This document shows positions 50,491 to 62,777 of a stretch of 64,000 bases of DNA, one piece after another (positions within the stretch are counted from its first letter, which is position 1; every line of letters begins with the position of its first letter). Below the pieces are notes generated by a model. The model was not told the DNA's origin. It did not search any database and saw nothing but the letters and a program-made list of their open reading frames with translations. The stretch is taken from the NCBI GenBank assembly GCA_028023455.1, contig JAQFVV010000010.1:14818001-14882000 (forward strand), given 5' to 3'. This DNA comes from Epiperipatus broadwayi (lineage: Eukaryota > Animalia > Onychophora). Position numbers and translations under genes: made by a program.

Positions 50491-52781
50491 TGCAGGTTTA
50501 AGCCTGTACAATGTATTTCTTTAAAGTAAATAAATTTTTAACTTACTATACATTTTTAGTACTATCTTCAAAACAGTGAATAGATTATGCTGAATAGTTG
50601 ATTCAGTAGTAAGAATAAATACTTCTAGAGCACAGTATTTTTTTTATTATTCCTGAATAATTAACTCGAGACGAAGAAAAAAAATCAGTCTTCCTAATAA
50701 ATGAAACTGAAGTGAGTTGCTTCTTTTTTCTGCTCTTTGGATCTTGCTTGTTTTCTCAGCAAATGATATTATAAGTAATTAACAGCAGGCATCATAATAT
50801 ATATATTATCTTAAACTTTATTATTATGCATTGTTTTAGATCTAACATTTTCTAAAATGATTTATCTAACACTTTGCAAAGAAACATTTTTGACCTTCAT
50901 CATATACAACAGCTGTGATAATTTACAAAAAGGCAGCAGCTTGTAGAAAAAGGTTACTGTAAGAATTTTAAAGATTTATAAATAAACATTTTTCATCAAA
51001 TTTCATGCAATTCTTATGTAGTCTTGCCAACCTCTAACTATCTTAAATATCAGTTGTTACTATATATATTTAATAAGATACGTTATAGTATATGATACAA
51101 TTTAACTACAAACCACATCTTACAAGTAAAAACTAGAAATAGATTTGTTTAAAAAAAAATTGCCAAATTTTTAGATATTTTGATTGAAAAATAATTGTAG
51201 TATTGTTTAGTTCATATATATTTATGTTTATAATTGTGATGTCTCTCTGTGTTGTATTTGTAATTCATAAGTTTGTGATTTAGCAGTTTCAAGGTGCCAC
51301 TTACATTTTATTTAATATAACCGATTTTAAACAATTTATTTAAATAGAAAAATTGAAATCTTCAACTACACAGCAGTTGTTGCATTTTAATGATATAAGA
51401 GATGGAATAGAATTGGTCAAAGAGGTGCAAGCAAATGGAAGTTACCACTAATGGGAATCATGCATTTTTCATTATTGAAGGATTACATTTTCTAGTTACC
51501 ACAACTTGCCTCATGCAGTGTTCATATATATATATTCACTGTATACTTTGAAAGTCACATAATTCTCACTTTAAAAAAAAAAGTGATGAAATCCACAAAG
51601 TAGTTTTTATTTTTAAACATTACTTAACCTTCCAAGTAAATTTATCATATAAATAAATGATAATAAACTTTAATCAGAATTCATTTTAAAAATGTAATTT
51701 GAAATGTAATTATGAAGACTACAATATTTCAAATGACTGATTCTAAATGCCTATCTACCATTGGTAAGAGTGATTATTGTTCAAATGGAAGAAATAAACA
51801 ATTTCTATAACTGTAAGAAATATCTGATTCACTTCACTATTGTTAGCATATTTGTGATTGTCGCTGATATACATGGTCAACCAAAAAAATCAAAAATAAC
51901 AAAGCTGAAACAGCATTTTAAATAGACCTCTTCAGAATATTATCATCACCAGTAGCTCTTCATTGAGGGATGGTGAAGGATAAGGAATTATTTACTGGTT
52001 TGGTAATTGTTAGCTGGGTATGTTAGAGTGGTTTTCTTATTTTTAATTCTAGCTGAGATTAAATTGACATAATTGTTTAGTTATATGTCATCAGTAAGAA
52101 GTCTGGGTTTAAACAGGGTTAAATTATAAGCATGATTATCATATGCTTAACATTTAATCAGTTACTTCTCATTATATATATATTTGAGAATTACATTGCC
52201 AGGAAGATTAATGTGAAGAACTTCAAAGTATTTTTGAAGGCATTTGATAGATAGGGAAAAAATAATACCTTTGCTTCACTTTAGATATGAGAACAGTATT
52301 TAGTAAAATATTGAATTTTGGTTTTGTATAGAGTAAGAAACTTTTCATGGAAGGAAGGAAGGAAGGGGGTGAGGGGGGGGGAGTTTATGTTCATGCCGAA
52401 AAGATTCATTAGAAAAAATGGTATTCATACTTATGACAATAACATCCCCCTCGATGGCACTGTTGCTAGTCAAAAACAAATAGATATAATGTTACCGGGC
52501 TGATTTTACCTTTTTTTATTATTTAAACAAATAAATATAACTTTGTTGTTTTATTTTTTTTAAATATTACATTTTTCTAATTATTTATTTATTCAAAAAC
52601 AAATAGATTTGACTTTGTTCTTTTATTTCTTTAAAACATTTTTTTTTAAAAAAAAATAACGCTTTCGTTCTTTTATTTCTTTAAATCATCTCATTTTTTC
52701 TCAAATAACGCTTTCACGGGTTTCTTTTTTTTTTCAAAATACGTATCTTGTTTTTAAAAAAAAACACATTATTTTCTAAAT

Positions 52782-52994
52782 TACAGTTTTTAATTACATT
52801 ATACATTCCAGCACAGTGTGCTGGAAGGTGCGGGGGAGGGGGGGGGACAGATGATGGTTTTGCCGACCCAAAGGATCATCCAATAAATCCACTACAGTTT
52901 TTAATTACATTATACATTCCAGCATGTAGCAATGAAATGTGCAGGGGGAACGGCAATGGTTTTGCCAATCCAAAGGATCAGCCAATAAATCCAC
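52782..52994 (+). repeat. Two diverged tandem units of about 105-111 bp, third partial unit at about 53109-53145
   Basis: tacagtttttaattacattatacattccagca...ggttttgcc.a.ccaaaggatca.ccaataaatccac repeated. Confidence 0.8.
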
Positions 52995-54319
52995 TACTCT
53001 GATCAAACCAAGCTTATGATTTCCGAAACAAACTTGCAACCGCAGACATTTGATTTCTTTTGTAGCTGTTCTTTATGAAACAACATTATTTAATCAAATT
53101 GAATAATTACGTTTTAAAATTACATTATACATTTCACCATGTAGTGCTCCACCACAGCCATTTTATTAGTCTCATAGCTATTCTCGTGCAAAACTGCCTT
53201 TACATGTGAATTTTTTGAAATGGTGCTGGGACATATCCTTTTGAAATTGTTTTCTCCTTCAAAGATGTATAGGAAAGCATGGCAATGGGCTTACAATTAT
53301 TATTATGTAAAAGTACATCAGGTAGGGTGTAACATCATTACTTCAAATCCACATTAAAACAGTTATGGCCAGTTGAATTCTATACACCCTCACATCGTAC
53401 AGTAGCGATCTGTGAAGTGTGTGCTAGTTATATAGTGTTGCAAAGTACATTAGCATGCCATAATAATTGTGTGCAATGCAATGTAAGCCTGCAACAGCTA
53501 ATATGAACACAACTGTTCTATAGGCCATAAGTTTGACCGCATAAATGGCATATTTCTGTGCTTTTGCATGGAAACAGTCCTATTGAGCAGGATGGATTGT
53601 CATAAGTATGAGTACCGAAAAAATAATATCTATATTGGAAATTTGGATTAAAATATATATATTCATATGGCTAATTGCTCGGGAAATGATATGATGTCTA
53701 AGGATTCAAGTAATAGTTGAGCATTTAAATTAATATTATCTAGTAAGTCTGAATTTAAGTTGTTTTTTACTTTGATCAGAAGAGAATCATCCCAGACAGC
53801 CATTCTGCCATTGGCGAATTACAAAATCTATAATTAAATCTAAGTTAGTGAAGCCATATATTTTTTAAAAAGTTGCATTTTAGAAGAATTGAAGTTTTAA
53901 CAAAATAGCATGCTCCATTGAACAATTTTGTATAGTTCATCATTTAGTGAAAGTAAAAAGTTCCAATAATATAGGAAATTAAATTCTAAGTGCTTGGAAC
54001 ATTTAAAATAAGAAAAACTTCAGTATAGACATATCTTAAATTGAACTAAGTACTTTCAATATCTTGGATATGATTTTTAAAGGAAAGTATGTATATACTA
54101 TAATAGTAAATTAAAAATATGTGTTGACATTTATATAAATATAAAACCCTGACACGTAGCAATTATAACTACTAAGTTATCATTATTTGATGTATTATTT
54201 ATTTAATAAGCTGGCTTTTTATAAAGAATTCTTAACACATTTAATACTTGTACTTGAATTAAACTATATACAGCTAGAAGTTTATAACAACCTCATGTCT
54301 ATATTACCATTTTTTAAGC

Positions 54320-54619
54320 CAGGGCTATCCAACCTTAAGTAATTCAAGGGCTGCATTCCAAATAGTAAATACAGTACATATATTAAATTATTGGAGAGTT
54401 CTACCATTAGTTAAGTTTAGCAGGCATTTCAAAAATATAAAAAATCAGATACAATAATAGTTTATAATCTCTAACAAAATGATTTGTGATAGAATTAAAA
54501 TATCTAATAAGCATTTGATTCAAATTATTTTATTTTTGCACTCGAAAAAATTAAACCTTTAGGCAAGCCGCACAAACCCTGACTGCATGCAGCCTACAGT
54601 AGTGTTTTGGGCCGTTCTG
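54320..54619. mobile_element. Decayed hAT/Buster-type MITE, second family
   Basis: CAGGGCTATCCAAC ... GTTTTGGGCCGTTCTG; 8-bp flanks ttttaagc / tcttaaac (nnnTAnnn). Confidence 0.55.
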
Positions 54620-55243
54620 TCTTAAACTAATTAATTATATGTATATTTTGCCTTTGAAAATTGTAGAAAATATTTTTCAATATCTATAGATCCTATCAAT
54701 AAAATACGTATGTCTTTATTGTTACTTCCATGATTAATGTCTCTATAAATTTATATAGGTGTTTTTATTTTTTACAATTATAATTTCAGACAAGTCTTTG
54801 TGATAGAATTTATTGTATACATGTGTCCATTAATAATTAAAGAGAAGTCTGAGATATATTTTTGAAATTATACATAGCTAAATAAAAATGTAAAAAGTCC
54901 CTTAAATAAAAATAAATATTTAATTAAATCAATATTTTTTTCTGAGATTATAATTTTTACTTCTATAGAGTATTTTATTTTAAATAGATAATATTAATTC
55001 TTTTTAGAATCAAATTCATAATATGAACCATAGATAAAATAATTTTTTATTCTATGAATGCATAAAAGAAATTATTTAATTGCAGGTAAAGTTAGATACA
55101 ATCAGATGTTTATCTTTTCTGCACACACTACCTTTTCTTGTAATATTGTCAAATATTCTTCAAAGATAGAAAATACAACATTATATACTTTTTAATGTTA
55201 CTGGAATTATATTTTTACATTCTATGCATCTTATTAAATATTA

Positions 55244-55509
55244 AAACAGGCAAAACTCACTATACTATGCCACACACAGCAAGCTAGAGTAATCAATGGA
55301 TGCCAGAAGGCTTGTGCATAAAATCCCCATCTAGTGCCTACTCATCCAATATCCCCAGACTAGTTTAGAGGGGGATTTTATGCACAAGCCTTCTGGCATC
55401 CATTGATTACTCTAGCTCGCTGTGTGTGGCATACGTATAGTGAGTTTTGCCTGTTTTAACAACAGTTATACACAAGCATAAGAGATGGTGGTCATGTGAT
55501 ATTTATTGG
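55244..55509. mobile_element. Family F fold-back, truncated inside the HHR, perfect 14-bp TSD
   Basis: About 85-bp near-perfect arms around a spacer ending in ccccagactagttt (HHR 3' half, minus strand); CTTATTAAATATTA at 55230-55243 and 55510-55523. Confidence 0.9.
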
Positions 55510-56094
55510 CTTATTAAATATTACTAAGACATGCACACATGATATGGCAGATCTTTTATAGTAAATTCATATATACTCTTACAATATATAATTAAACTAA
55601 TAACGCTCAAGGCTAGACAGATTATAAATGTAAATACTTAAAACAGTCAACACAACTGAATGAGATTGTTGTTTGTTATTGATATTGATATTGTTTGAGT
55701 CTTAACCATTTTCATGTATTTACAATATATAATAGTTATCAAGAGTATAGATATTTTTATTTGGCTCCAAGAAAAATGTAGAAGAATGCATCATTTCTCT
55801 TATTATTATCATGGACAAAATATGTATTTACTTAATAAATGATCTTTAGAGGAAATTATTTACTTTTAATGGTGAATATCATTATAACCATTAGTTTAAA
55901 TGAGAAATGTATTTCTCTTATTCTTTACTCTATTAACTAATAAATATAAAAACAATAATTATCAAACTATAATTTAATTACATATACTTATCTTGAAACA
56001 TTTATTATAACAAATGGTATATTATTATTACAATATTACACAATGATATATATGGGTTTAGTTTTTGATAAATCTGTATCTATCTACATATCTT

Positions 56095-56180
56095 TCTATA
56101 TTAATATATAAATGCAAAAATGTGGGTGTTTGTTTCCTTTATAATTCAAGAAACATTGCACCAATCTTGATGAATCTTAC
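56095..56180 (+). mobile_element. Helitron/Helentron-type non-autonomous 5' end fragment
   Basis: TCTATATTAATATATAAATGCAAAAATGTGGGTGTTTGTTT...CAAGAAAC.TTGCACCAATCTTGATGAA resembles DINE-1/Lep1-like 5' termini (recalled pattern); cut off by the SINE at 56185. Confidence 0.4.
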
Positions 56181-56184
56181 GTGA

Positions 56185-56297
56185 TTTTTTTTTTCATATG
56201 TCATAGCATCGTCCGGGAAGTGAACCCGCAGCAACCGTCTGCAACCAACTGTTTGCTTGCAAGGCGGCTGTGCTGACCTCTCGGCTAACAATACTTT
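56185..56297 (-). mobile_element. tRNA-Gly-derived SINE
   Basis: Similar to 30283-30397 and 35764-35880. Confidence 0.8.
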
Positions 56298-56987
56298 GTG
56301 GAGAATTTTATAGGCTATGAATTTTTATTTTATGATAATTGTTTTAAATTTTAGTAATTTGGAAAATAAAAGTGTGTCAGAATTTATAATATTATAGAAA
56401 GTGCAAAAAGATCACAGTGCTGATTGATATTGTGGTCTCAGCCATGTTATTTAATTTCTCATTTGCATGTGGAGTATAAAAAAAAATTCCACCAGGTTAA
56501 AATTTCATAGTAAAAAAGTATATTTTTTTGTGATACTGCTGTTGATAACTCATGGATTATTATTTGCAATACAAAAATGTATCAAAATCGTAATCATTTG
56601 CAAGGAAATATGTAAATATATAAGCTGCAGGAATAGCATTGTTATTTACAATCAGCTACATTGCTGAATTTGATAAAACTTTTAGAATTTCATTTGAAAT
56701 ATATTTCTCCTGTGATAAACTAAGTTTTAAAATGGCTTGAAATGATCATACTTAATTTATCTATTTCAAGAGAAATAGAAATAGGGTAAAATTTCATTGC
56801 ATAAATATAATTTAAATTAGTTAAATTTCATTTGGACTATTATGTATTTAATTTCTCACTTGCAAATGGAGTATGAAAAAAATATCACCATATTCAATTT
56901 TTATCATAAAAAGGTATATTCTTTACAATATTGCTGTTGTTATTTCATGTATCATTTGCAGTGAAGTATTATGTAAATATATAAAAT

Positions 56988-57030
56988 TAATATGACAGTT
57001 TCGATTGCTCCAGCAATCTTCTTCAGAAAT
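56988..57030 (-). ncRNA. Minimal hammerhead motif, family K, core intact
   Basis: Reverse complement attt-CTGAAGA-A-GATTGC(TGGA)GCAATC-GAAA-CTG-TC-atatt; helix I is weak. The partner at 57078-57120 (+) has CTGATGA but lost G12. Confidence 0.7.
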
Positions 57031-57221
57031 ATCTTTTATATATTTTTTTATAGAAAAAGAATGATTTTATATAAAAGAAATTTCTGATGAAGATTGCTGG
57101 AGCAATTAAAACTCATATTAGGTTGTAAAAAAAGCATTGTAAAAGAAATAAAGAACATAGATGATATTAATGTTATATGAATTTGGCAATGCAATAGGAA
57201 AGATAAAGTTATAATACTTTA
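56988..57221. mobile_element. 234-bp double-hammerhead fold-back element (family K) with perfect 14-bp TSD
   Basis: Inverted arms 56988-57042 / 57067-57120; TAAATATATAAAAT at 56974-56987 and 57222-57235. Confidence 0.85.
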
Positions 57222-57269
57222 TAAATATATAAAATGCAGGAACAGCATTGACATTTTGATCACTTAGAT

Positions 57270-57568
57270 CAGGGGTTCCCAACCCTATGCCCGTGGGCAT
57301 CCGCAGACCATTTTATGTGTGCCCGCCGCTATCCGAACACTATAAATAATTATTATCTGATACAAATAAATTTAATTTTTAAGATTTCTTATAAATTATT
57401 GTATTATATTATAATCAAATTGTAGGTCATACTATACTTTTACAGCGTAAAAGAGTCTATCATTAACAATATTCAACTATAAATTTACATTGAAAAAATA
57501 AGTGGTGCCCGCCACCTGGCCGGTATTATAGAATGTGCTTTTAAGTGCAAAAAGGTTGGGGATCGCTG
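57270..57568. mobile_element. hAT (Buster/Charlie-type) MITE, 299 bp
   Basis: TIR CAGGGGTTCCCAACC / GGTTGGGGATCGCTG; perfect 8-bp TSD ACTTAGAT (57262-57269, 57569-57576). Confidence 0.92.
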
Positions 57569-58625
57569 ACTTAGATTACTGAGTTTGATCAACTTTTAAG
57601 TTTTAAAATAGCTTGGTAATTTTAACATGTATAGGAATAAAATGTAATTAATATATCTATTTCATAAGGAATGTTAGAATATAAATTATTCATATTAAAA
57701 ACATTTCATTTTTATAAAAATGCATCACAATAATCATTTTTTGTTGCTGTTAATAATTCATATATTATAATTTTGTATGAATATTATTACTTAAATATAT
57801 TTTAATTATTACCTATATTATATTTTTTTAAAATTTGTAGTCAACAACCAGGAATAATACTAGAGCTTTAAAATAAAGAATTCAGAAATATTGTGCCTTT
57901 ATCATTTATCCTTGATCTATATATATAAATTTGAAAGTTGGTTTGTTACTTAAAATATTGTATCAATCTTAATGAATCCATGATTTTCTTTCTTTTTCTA
58001 TTAACATGAGCATAACTGTGGAGACATTTAATTTAAATATATATCAAGGATTATTTACATTTAAACTTCTTTGGATACTAAACATCAGCAAATTAATCTC
58101 TATATATTTATGTACATATTTTCTTCAAATTAAAACATTTTAGTAGTACTAAAAATAAGTATTCCATAATATGGCCCAAATATTTCAACTGTAAATTATT
58201 TTCCGTTTTTTAAAATATTAATTTTATAAAAAATAAAAAGTAATTTATATCATTATATATATGTATAACATTTTATATTACATGTATTTTATTGTAAAAT
58301 ATGTTTATATAATACAAATATTATTTAACTAATTGTGAGTTGTTAAAACTAAAGCACTGGGTTGATTCTCTGGATAGGTATTGAATAATGAAAATCAAAC
58401 TAATAAACAAATTTTACTCTTTGATTTATAACCACATCAATAAACTAAACTTAAAAGCATATGAAGCTAAAAAAAAAAAAAGGATGATATCCTTCTTTTC
58501 TTTTCATAGTTTATTATTGACGGTTGACTATTGATTAAGAGTAATTCAATTGGAGTTGCAGTTCTGTTTCAATTAAATATTATATAACTATATGTGTATT
58601 TACAAAGCAATTGCATTATATATTT

Positions 58626-58735
58626 ATCAGCCTTTTACAGCTATTGTACATGCGCTTTTACGTGTGTTAAATAATAAATGAATACTTCCACTGCCAATAC
58701 AAGATATAGCATTTAAGAAAGAATAAAATGAATAT
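58626..58735 (+). repeat. Dispersed diverged copy of the family P unit
   Basis: atcagccttttacagctattgtacatgcgcttttacgtgtgttaaataataaatgaatac...aatacaagatatagcattta matches 2404-2500 and 2745-2850. Confidence 0.75.
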
Positions 58736-59429
58736 TTATGAATATATTTATGAAATCAAACTAATATATAGATTTCATATTTCTGATTTATATATAATGT
58801 CAATAAACAAATTAAAATACTCACAGAGCATCATTCCATTCTTCTCCTAGTTTATTGATGTTTGATTATTGGTTAAGAATAAATAAATGGGAGTTGTTAT
58901 TTTATGTTTTATACACAACGCAAGTACTTATTTTAATTTATATATAAGCATGTGTGTTCAAGTAACTGTATTATTGACTTTTTTTTTTAATATTTAAAGT
59001 ATAAAAGCATAATGCCTTATTTTTTATTTTATTTAAATGTCCTAGATGGCATTCTTTACTGTTATCTTTTGTTCATATTCTATATGGAGATATTTTATTT
59101 TATAAACATTTTTTCTTCATAGTTTATATGGAAATATTTTATTGTATAAACCCTGATATTCCTTAAATTTCATTACCTTGTGTTAATTAGAAAAAGTACT
59201 TTCTAGAGGATAATTTTTAATTATAGCCATATGGAAGAAATATCCTAGAAGATAGATCTAAGTGGAATGATAGTCAAGTGGATAGGAAAAATTACCCCAG
59301 CATGTTTGAACACTTACTAAATTTTAATTTTAACTTTTAAGGTAATAGATAAAGTAACAAAATGTAAAACTTCATTAATTCACTTTAGTATAGTTTACAT
59401 AATCTCTGACTGAATTTCACATCTGTTGA

Positions 59430-60067
59430 ACTCACATATTGGCAGGTGCAATGTCACAATTTTTCAATCAGATGTGTAATGAAAGGATTGAATGGCATTA
59501 TATAAACAACAGAATAATTTTTAGCATTAAAAAAGACAAATCAAAACAAACCCCAACTTTCAAACACCTGAGAAACTTATCTATAGAGGATATTGATTCA
59601 AAAATCTTAGCTTGAATACTACTAAAAAAATTGAAAACTTGGTTAGAGATAAAATATCATCAGCACATCATGCTGTCAATGGTAAAAGAGCCATAAAAGC
59701 AGCTTTAAAAATACAAGAACTTAAGCTAATGCAGTACTTTGCAATACAAATTGATTTTAAATCAGCATTTGACACTAGTTAATTGGTTATATCTCTTAAA
59801 AGCCCTGAACAATCTGTTTAAAGAAGACATATATCTCGAGAATGTTATAGTGAATTACATAAGAAATAATAAAATCTGAAAAAATTATATGTGCAGATCT
59901 GAATTTTTCATCCCAGAGAAATATATTTTCCAAGGTTCTCCATTGGCAGCGCTCTTATTTGCAATTTATGTAGACTTCATGATTAAAGAAATAGAGACAT
60001 CTGTTAATGGGATCTATGTACTGCATTTGGGTGTCACAATAGGAGTCACAGCCTTTATTAATGATAT

Positions 60068-60164
<97 letters not shown>

Positions 60165-61310
60165 TAAAATAGTTATAATATTAATGTAGTGACGAATGTC
60201 CTAAAAAAGTTTCAAGAATTAACAGGTTCAGTAGTTCAGTCTAACAAATCAGCAGCATGACAATTGGCAACGGATAAAAAGATATCACCCAAATTTATAG
60301 CTCCATCAAAGTTATTTCTTGGATTGACATTACATATGTCAAAGACACATATGAATGGTCATTTAAATCGGCTAATTAAAAAAAAAATAGAAGAGAGGAT
60401 TAATAATTTCACATCGTTCAAGCTCTATGAAGTGATGAGAACTCAATTGTTCAATGCAATTGCAACAGGGGTCCTTAGTTATTACAGTCCATGGGTAAAA
60501 CTATGTAACAAAACAATATGTAATATAAACCAGATGACTAAAAAATTTATCTGGGGGAAGAAATCTAGGTTATTGTCAGTCGCAATATTACTGTTGTTCA
60601 TTAATGAGGGAGGGCTTAACTTAGTTAATCCAAAAGTATACATAAATTTTATTGCTGCAAGAACATTTTTAAATGTTATGGAGGATCAATGCTTTAATCC
60701 ACCAACTGGTGACATAAAAATATATAGTGAAATAAGAGTGAAGAGGAGATCTTATTTTGCAGATATATTTATTGCATATAAGGACATACAAGATGAGCTA
60801 GATGTGCAAAACTTGAAAGGCATTACATATAAAGACATAAGAAGGGAAATAAAACCTCAATACTCATGGGTAAATTACTCAATGAAAGGGGTCCTAGGTA
60901 AATTCCACTCAATTTATACACTACAGGCATAAATGAAATTCATATTCAAGTTGATCAGTGGAGTTTTACCGACTATAACATACATTAATAAAAGATTGGG
61001 AATGAGTTTAGAGGAAACTTGTTCATTTTGTAAAAATAAACATGAAACATTTCAACACTTACTCGAAGAATGCAGTGCTTTTGGAAGGCTAATATACAGA
61101 ATTTTCCACACCCCAATGATAAATCTTAAAATGTTACTGAAGCAATATGTAATAAAATTCAAACCACATAATTCAATGGTGATGATACATATATTGAAAA
61201 CTATATGGACAATCCGATGTTCTTTAATATTTGATAATAAAAAATTTAATTGGTTGAAGAAACTTGGCAAAGATTGGGACAACTATTTTGGTAGGTGTTT
61301 GAAATACTGA
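59430..61310 (+). mobile_element. L1/Tx1-type LINE ORF2 relic (RT plus CCHC knuckle)
   Basis: KDKS...LRNLSIEDIDSKILA, IDFKSAFDT, FQGSPLAALLF, TAFINDI, FQELTGSVVQSNKS, GGLNLVNP, CSFCKNKHETFQHLLEEC; ORFs 60264-60932 and 60933-61310 are in one frame, split by a single TAA. Confidence 0.88.
60071..60163 (+). repeat. (AAT)31 microsatellite
   Basis: 93 bp of perfect AAT repeats. Confidence 0.97.
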
Positions 61311-62186
61311 CCTAAGAAGGTTATGGAAAGAGTATGGGGAGGGACTGCTATGACCACTTGTGAAATGTGGGAGTAAAAATAGACACACAAATAGAGAATG
61401 AGATGGTAAAAGTATGTAAAGTGATAAAATAAAGGATTTCTCAAGAGTGAATAAAGGTTCCATGTTTAAACTAGGAGTACGAGTTGTATGGTATAACTTT
61501 AGGATTTAAATAAGGAAAATTATATTAACTTTATAACAATGAGAGACTTATAGACTAGCATTGTGGTGTTTTGAGGACAAAATTGGTAAATTTATGGTAA
61601 TGGATAAATATAAAATAAAATATCAATTTGTGTCAATTGTTAATTGGTAATGGATAAAGTGAATCAAAACTAATTTGTAGATATTTCCTGTGCATATTTA
61701 GAGGTTTGTTTAATAAAGCTTACTACTTAAAATAAAATTTTTTTTTTTCCTTTTCTGATATGAAACAAAGAATTGGATAATTTTTTAACTGTGATCACGT
61801 TGCCAACAATATTTTAAGAAAAATTCCAAATTTGATTTTTCATATATATGTGTTTACACTTTCAACAAAATTTTAATACATATTGTAAACATAAAAGAAA
61901 GATTACTATAAGAAATAGAAAAAAAGAGGGGGGGTATATATGTATGTTTTAATAATTATTATTATTATTATACATTTTTATTTTAACTCTAATCATATAT
62001 TTTCAATAAAATGCTGCCACCAGCAAAACACTGAACAGGATTGATTCTGATAGGAAGAAAGTATTTTATAGAAAGAAAAAAAAAAACTGGAGAAAAAAAC
62101 AAAATTCTAAAGTACACCAGCATCATAAAATAAAATACAATTCTCTCCAAATTCTGTGAAACTCTTTTAAAAAAGTTGTACTGTGT

Positions 62187-62639
62187 ATTTTTATATTGGA
62201 CTATTTCCATCATCTAATATGTATGTTGAATGTCTTTAGAAAAGTTTAATTTTATTTAAATATTCCAAATACATTCAACTGTTAGTAACATCACAGCAAA
62301 CAAGTTAGTATATGCACCAACTGTTAGTAATATCACAGCAAATGGGTTAGTATATGCACAACACAACACCTGAAGAAGAGGGGAGAAAAATACCTCTCGA
62401 AACATTGTGTATATATATATACTAACCTGTTTGCTGTGATAGTTGGTGCATATACTAACTTGTTTGCTGTAATATTACTAACCTGTTTGCTGTGATATTA
62501 CTAACAGTTGGATGTATTTGGAATATTTAAATAAAATTAAACTTTTCTAAAGACATTCAACACACCTATTAGATGATGGAAATAGTCCAATATAAAAATA
62601 CAGCTAGAACACCATCATCACAAACCTTCAGGAAAACAA
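62187..62639. mobile_element. Family H fold-back element with central hammerhead and 11-bp TSD
   Basis: Left arm 62187-62360 is inverted versus about 62405-62600; TTGTACTGTGT at 62176-62186 and 62640-62650; lacks the tRNA head. Confidence 0.9.
62366..62410 (+). ncRNA. Minimal type-I hammerhead motif, family H, core intact
   Basis: ACAC-CTGAAGA-A-GAGGGG(AGAAAAATA)CCTCTC-GAAA-CA-TT-GTGT; helix III ACAT is probably CpG-decayed ACGT. Confidence 0.8.
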
Positions 62640-62777
62640 TTGTACTGTGTCTTTAAATGTAGATAATATGGAGCTTTCTAAGAAATGATTTTTTGCAGGT
62701 TTTTGAAAGCCTAGAGATGTTAATAATTACTTTAATGTCCAAATTTTTTACTCAGTAGATTCAATTATCTGATAGAT

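Noticed and set aside
59889-60167. Poly-isoleucine protein
   Set aside because: Translation of the (AAT)n microsatellite inside a dead LINE.
62280-62510. CRISPR-like repeats (aactgttagtaa.atcacagcaaa...)
   Set aside because: Internal duplications within inverted arms, no unique spacers, eukaryotic context.
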